Below are positions 60,877 to 64,000 of a stretch of 64,000 bases of DNA, piece by piece (position 1 is the first letter of the stretch; every line of letters starts with the position of its first letter). Below the pieces are notes generated by a model. The model had not been told where the DNA came from. It made no database searches and was given only the letters and a program-made list of their open reading frames with translations. The DNA is from Felis catus (taxonomy: Eukaryota), in NCBI RefSeq assembly GCF_018350175.1, contig NC_058368.1, positions 77,440,001-77,504,000 on the forward strand, given 5' to 3'. The position numbers and the translations under genes were made by a program.

Positions 60877-62854
60877 AAACCCTCCATTTTAATTATTAAG
60901 ATACTCTTCTGAAAACTGATTCTCTTCTATGGTTCAAGCCAACCAGCTTCCTAGAAGCGACGTCTTGGGAACGTTTTATAGTATTTTCTAATATTGTTTT
61001 GCCTTTAGCTTCCAGCATAAAACTTTTTGAGCCGGAGACGTGTCAGATAAAATATAGGCCATGTCTTGGACACAGGTACTCAAATATTTTGAAGCAATAG
61101 TAAGCCTAGGTGAGCATATTCATTTTCGATTTCATTAAAAAATTTTTAATGAGGAAATACATCATGGGAAATACCTGCTAATCTAACATCAATACCAATT
61201 ATGATGATGGGGACGACGGGCTGCTGGAGAAAGGCATTCTGTCTCCGAGGAGAGGGAATTTCATTATGTCAGCCCTGTGATAAAGAGAGTGTGGAGATCA
61301 TTTCTCATGCTTGGGTACTCAAAATCTGTTTGTATTTTAAAAGTGCTTTATATAACTGTTATTATGCATCAAAGGATGCCTTTGGCTCAGCTGCTAACCT
61401 CTGCATGGCATAACTCAAGAGAGCGGGGTGAGGGGTCGACAGGAGATTCAGGGTGCATGAGAAACCCGGAGGCGAGCTTATTTGCCAAGAGACAGAAAGC
61501 AAAGCTTCCGCAGAAAAAAAGCCACAACGCCGGACCCATGAACATTTATATTTTTATTCCTGGTGTTAAATCAATTCCCCTCTCTACACCCTGACTCAGG
61601 GAGCAGAGATCATTAAGAACACATTTAAGTGCTTAATTGGGTTTTGAAGGAGGTTTCTCCATTAACATTAATTAAAGTCTCCCTGGGCTCAAGAAAGCTC
61701 ATTTTCCAGGTAGGGGTTTTCCAGGTTCACTTATGTTCTCGTTGCTGTCTCAGCAAAACCATTATTCTTGCCTCGGATCCCAAACTGAACTTCAAGCGTA
61801 TGCAAGAAAAAAGGAAAAGCAAAGAAGCCCTGTTCCATTGTGTGACAGAAGACTTGGCACATCACAGAGAAGTCCTGTCTCCTACGATTTTGCCCTTGAG
61901 AAGCAAGCTAATGAGAATTACAGCGAAATAATGCGTGAATTGCTGCATTGCCGACTTCCGTCTTCACGGACAGCAACGCTTCTGAATTAAAATTATTATA
62001 TCATGCCTGGGCTAATCTTACCAGGTTGAGCCATAAGAAATTCCTGATATTCAACCACTGTAATCTATAAAAACAGCAAGTTCACGTGGTTCAATCTAAT
62101 AAACTTAGAAACTCTAGGTTTTATATAGGAAGAAAAACTATACTCCCCCAAGTTTCTCGCCTTCATCTCTATATGTCCTTTAATTTCAAAAGCATTTCCA
62201 TATCTACACATGTAAACTAGCAGCCCAGGGTAAGGTCTACAACTTTATCTCTGGTTCCCTGTTGGGGTGGGAACATCTTTAAGCCTTTCTGTGCAAATAT
62301 ATGGACGGTATTGTATTTACCGTGTTATCTTCTCTTTGGGTGTTTATCCCCCCTTCAGTATGCACGGAACAGTAGAACTAAGTAGGAAAATTACAAACGT
62401 CAAGATAATAAATATTTATTGCCTGCCTAGTAGATATTGCGAGGAATACAAAGCAGATACAAAGGAAAAATGAAAGGAAACCCAAGAAAGAAATAACCAG
62501 ATGAGAGGAGGTGAAAGAGAATGCCAGCCAGCTGGGCTAGGCAGAGGAGAGCAAGAATCAACGCCTCAGACGTTGGAAACCAGTGATGGCCGCGGGCTGT
62601 TCTAAATTCAAGGCTTTTGCAATTTACCGAATGAAAGCTCAGTAGCCCGTATTTTAAAATGGAAAATTGGCAAATACGGTGTTTATAAAAATGTTTGCAC
62701 GGGACAAGGTGAAGAAGGGCTAAGAATGAAAACGAGATCCAAGGCCTACTTACGAATGACATACAAATCTTTACACAAAAAGCCTCACACGTCCTCAGTT
62801 ATTTGTCGATTTTCGTCTGTGATACCTCAAAAGTCTTCTACTATACTCGTGATA

Positions 62855-63316
62855 TTTATTTATTTATTTTTATTTATTTTTAATGTTTAGTCATTTTTGA
62901 GAGAGAGCGAGAGAGTGCAAGCAGAGGAGGGGCAGAGAGGGAGGGAGACACAGAATCCAAAGCAGGCTCCAGGCTCCCAGCTGTCAGCACAGAGCCCGAC
63001 GCGGGGCTCGAACCCACAAACTGTGAGATCATGATGTGAGCCGAAGTCGGACACTTAATCTACTGAGCCATCCAGGCGCCCCTTAACTTTTTAATGTTTA
63101 TTATTTGTAAGAGAGAGAGAGAGAGAGAGAGCATAAGCAGGGGAGGGAGAGGGGGAGGGGGAGGGGGAGGGGGAGGGGGAAGGAGGAGACACAGAATCTG
63201 AAGCAGGCTCCAGGCTCTGAGCTGTCAGCACAGAGCCCAATGCGGGGCTCGAACCCATGAGATCATGACCTGAGCCAAAGTCAGACACTTAACTGACTGA
63301 GCCACCCAGGCACCCC
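62855..63316 (-). mobile_element. Two tandem Can-SINEs; second has a (GGGGGA)n expansion
   Basis: Bodies at 62855-63082 and 63085-63316. Confidence 0.92.
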
Positions 63317-64000
63317 TATATTAATGATTTTTAAATGTTACATAGGTATAACATGTAGACTGTAGCTCTCTTAACGGCTCATATAATCCGTGTTTGGCCC
63401 CTAATTTGTGAAGACTGGTGCATATTTGAACTTGCCTTACTTTCAGACTCGAAATTCCTTTACATGGAAAAGCTCCACATTAAAAAAAAATCCATGCCCC
63501 ATATTTTTCACCTTTCTGCTTCTTGGCATTGCTATCAACCAACTATATTTTGGTCTTACTGGTAGCTCTTCTTTAAGCCTTTGGACTATAATATCCAAAA
63601 AAAGAAGCAATTTTTGAGCTGTGCAAAAATTTCTTTGCCCTCAAGAGAGAGCTGTTAATTTCTGTGTGACTTTGAATGCCAATCCGATTTGTGCACTTAA
63701 AGAGCAACCCCAAACCATATTATATGGCGTCAAGGTCAAAGGGAAGGAGGACTGAAAATATTAGCTGCCCTTCAAAACCCTTCCCAATCTTCTGCTTCAC
63801 TGGTGACTGCAGACAGCATCCCTTGAAGCAGAGAAGTTTTGATGTTTCAGCTCAGGTGAAAGTAGTCTAACATTTTTAAGCAATTTTAATCTATTTCGTT
63901 TTTATTTTCCAATAATAGAGTTCAAAACGGCTGGGGGGAAACAAGTGTGTCAGGACAACCACAAAAAGTCAGGGCGCTTGTAATAAGCAGGCTTGATCAA

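Noticed and set aside
61957..61977. REST/NRSE-like CACGGACAGC
   Set aside because: Only the right half-site matches; the left TTCAGCAC half is absent. The match at ~32896 lacks GGACAG.

Overview
Mammalian genomic DNA from a felid, judged by the abundant SINEC_Fc-type tRNA-derived Can-SINEs. The only gene I recognise is the 3' part of NALF1 (FAM155A, NALCN channel auxiliary factor 1) on the minus strand: coding exon 2 (43999-44170, 172 nt, AG/GT borders), a ~34 kb intron 2, and the last exon (CDS 9716-10005, TAG stop) with a 3' UTR probably ending near 7600. Exon 1 lies beyond the right edge. The rest is intronic or downstream sequence with ~22 Can-SINEs (many with target-site duplications), MaLR MLT1 LTRs including an apparently complete LTR-internal-LTR element, old L1/L2/MIR and hAT fragments, and microsatellites. 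I found no convincing novel protein-coding system; nearly all tracked ORFs are chance or repeat-derived. The best leads are non-coding: a same-orientation CTCF motif array (one near-perfect core with upstream motif), a GC-rich terminal exon with a 27-bp G-rich minisatellite in the 3' UTR, a possible exon-2 circRNA that would encode an 83-aa Cys-rich peptide, and a SINE-spacer-SINE unit bounded by one TSD. Repeat family names come from recalled consensus sequences, and repeat boundaries are approximate.
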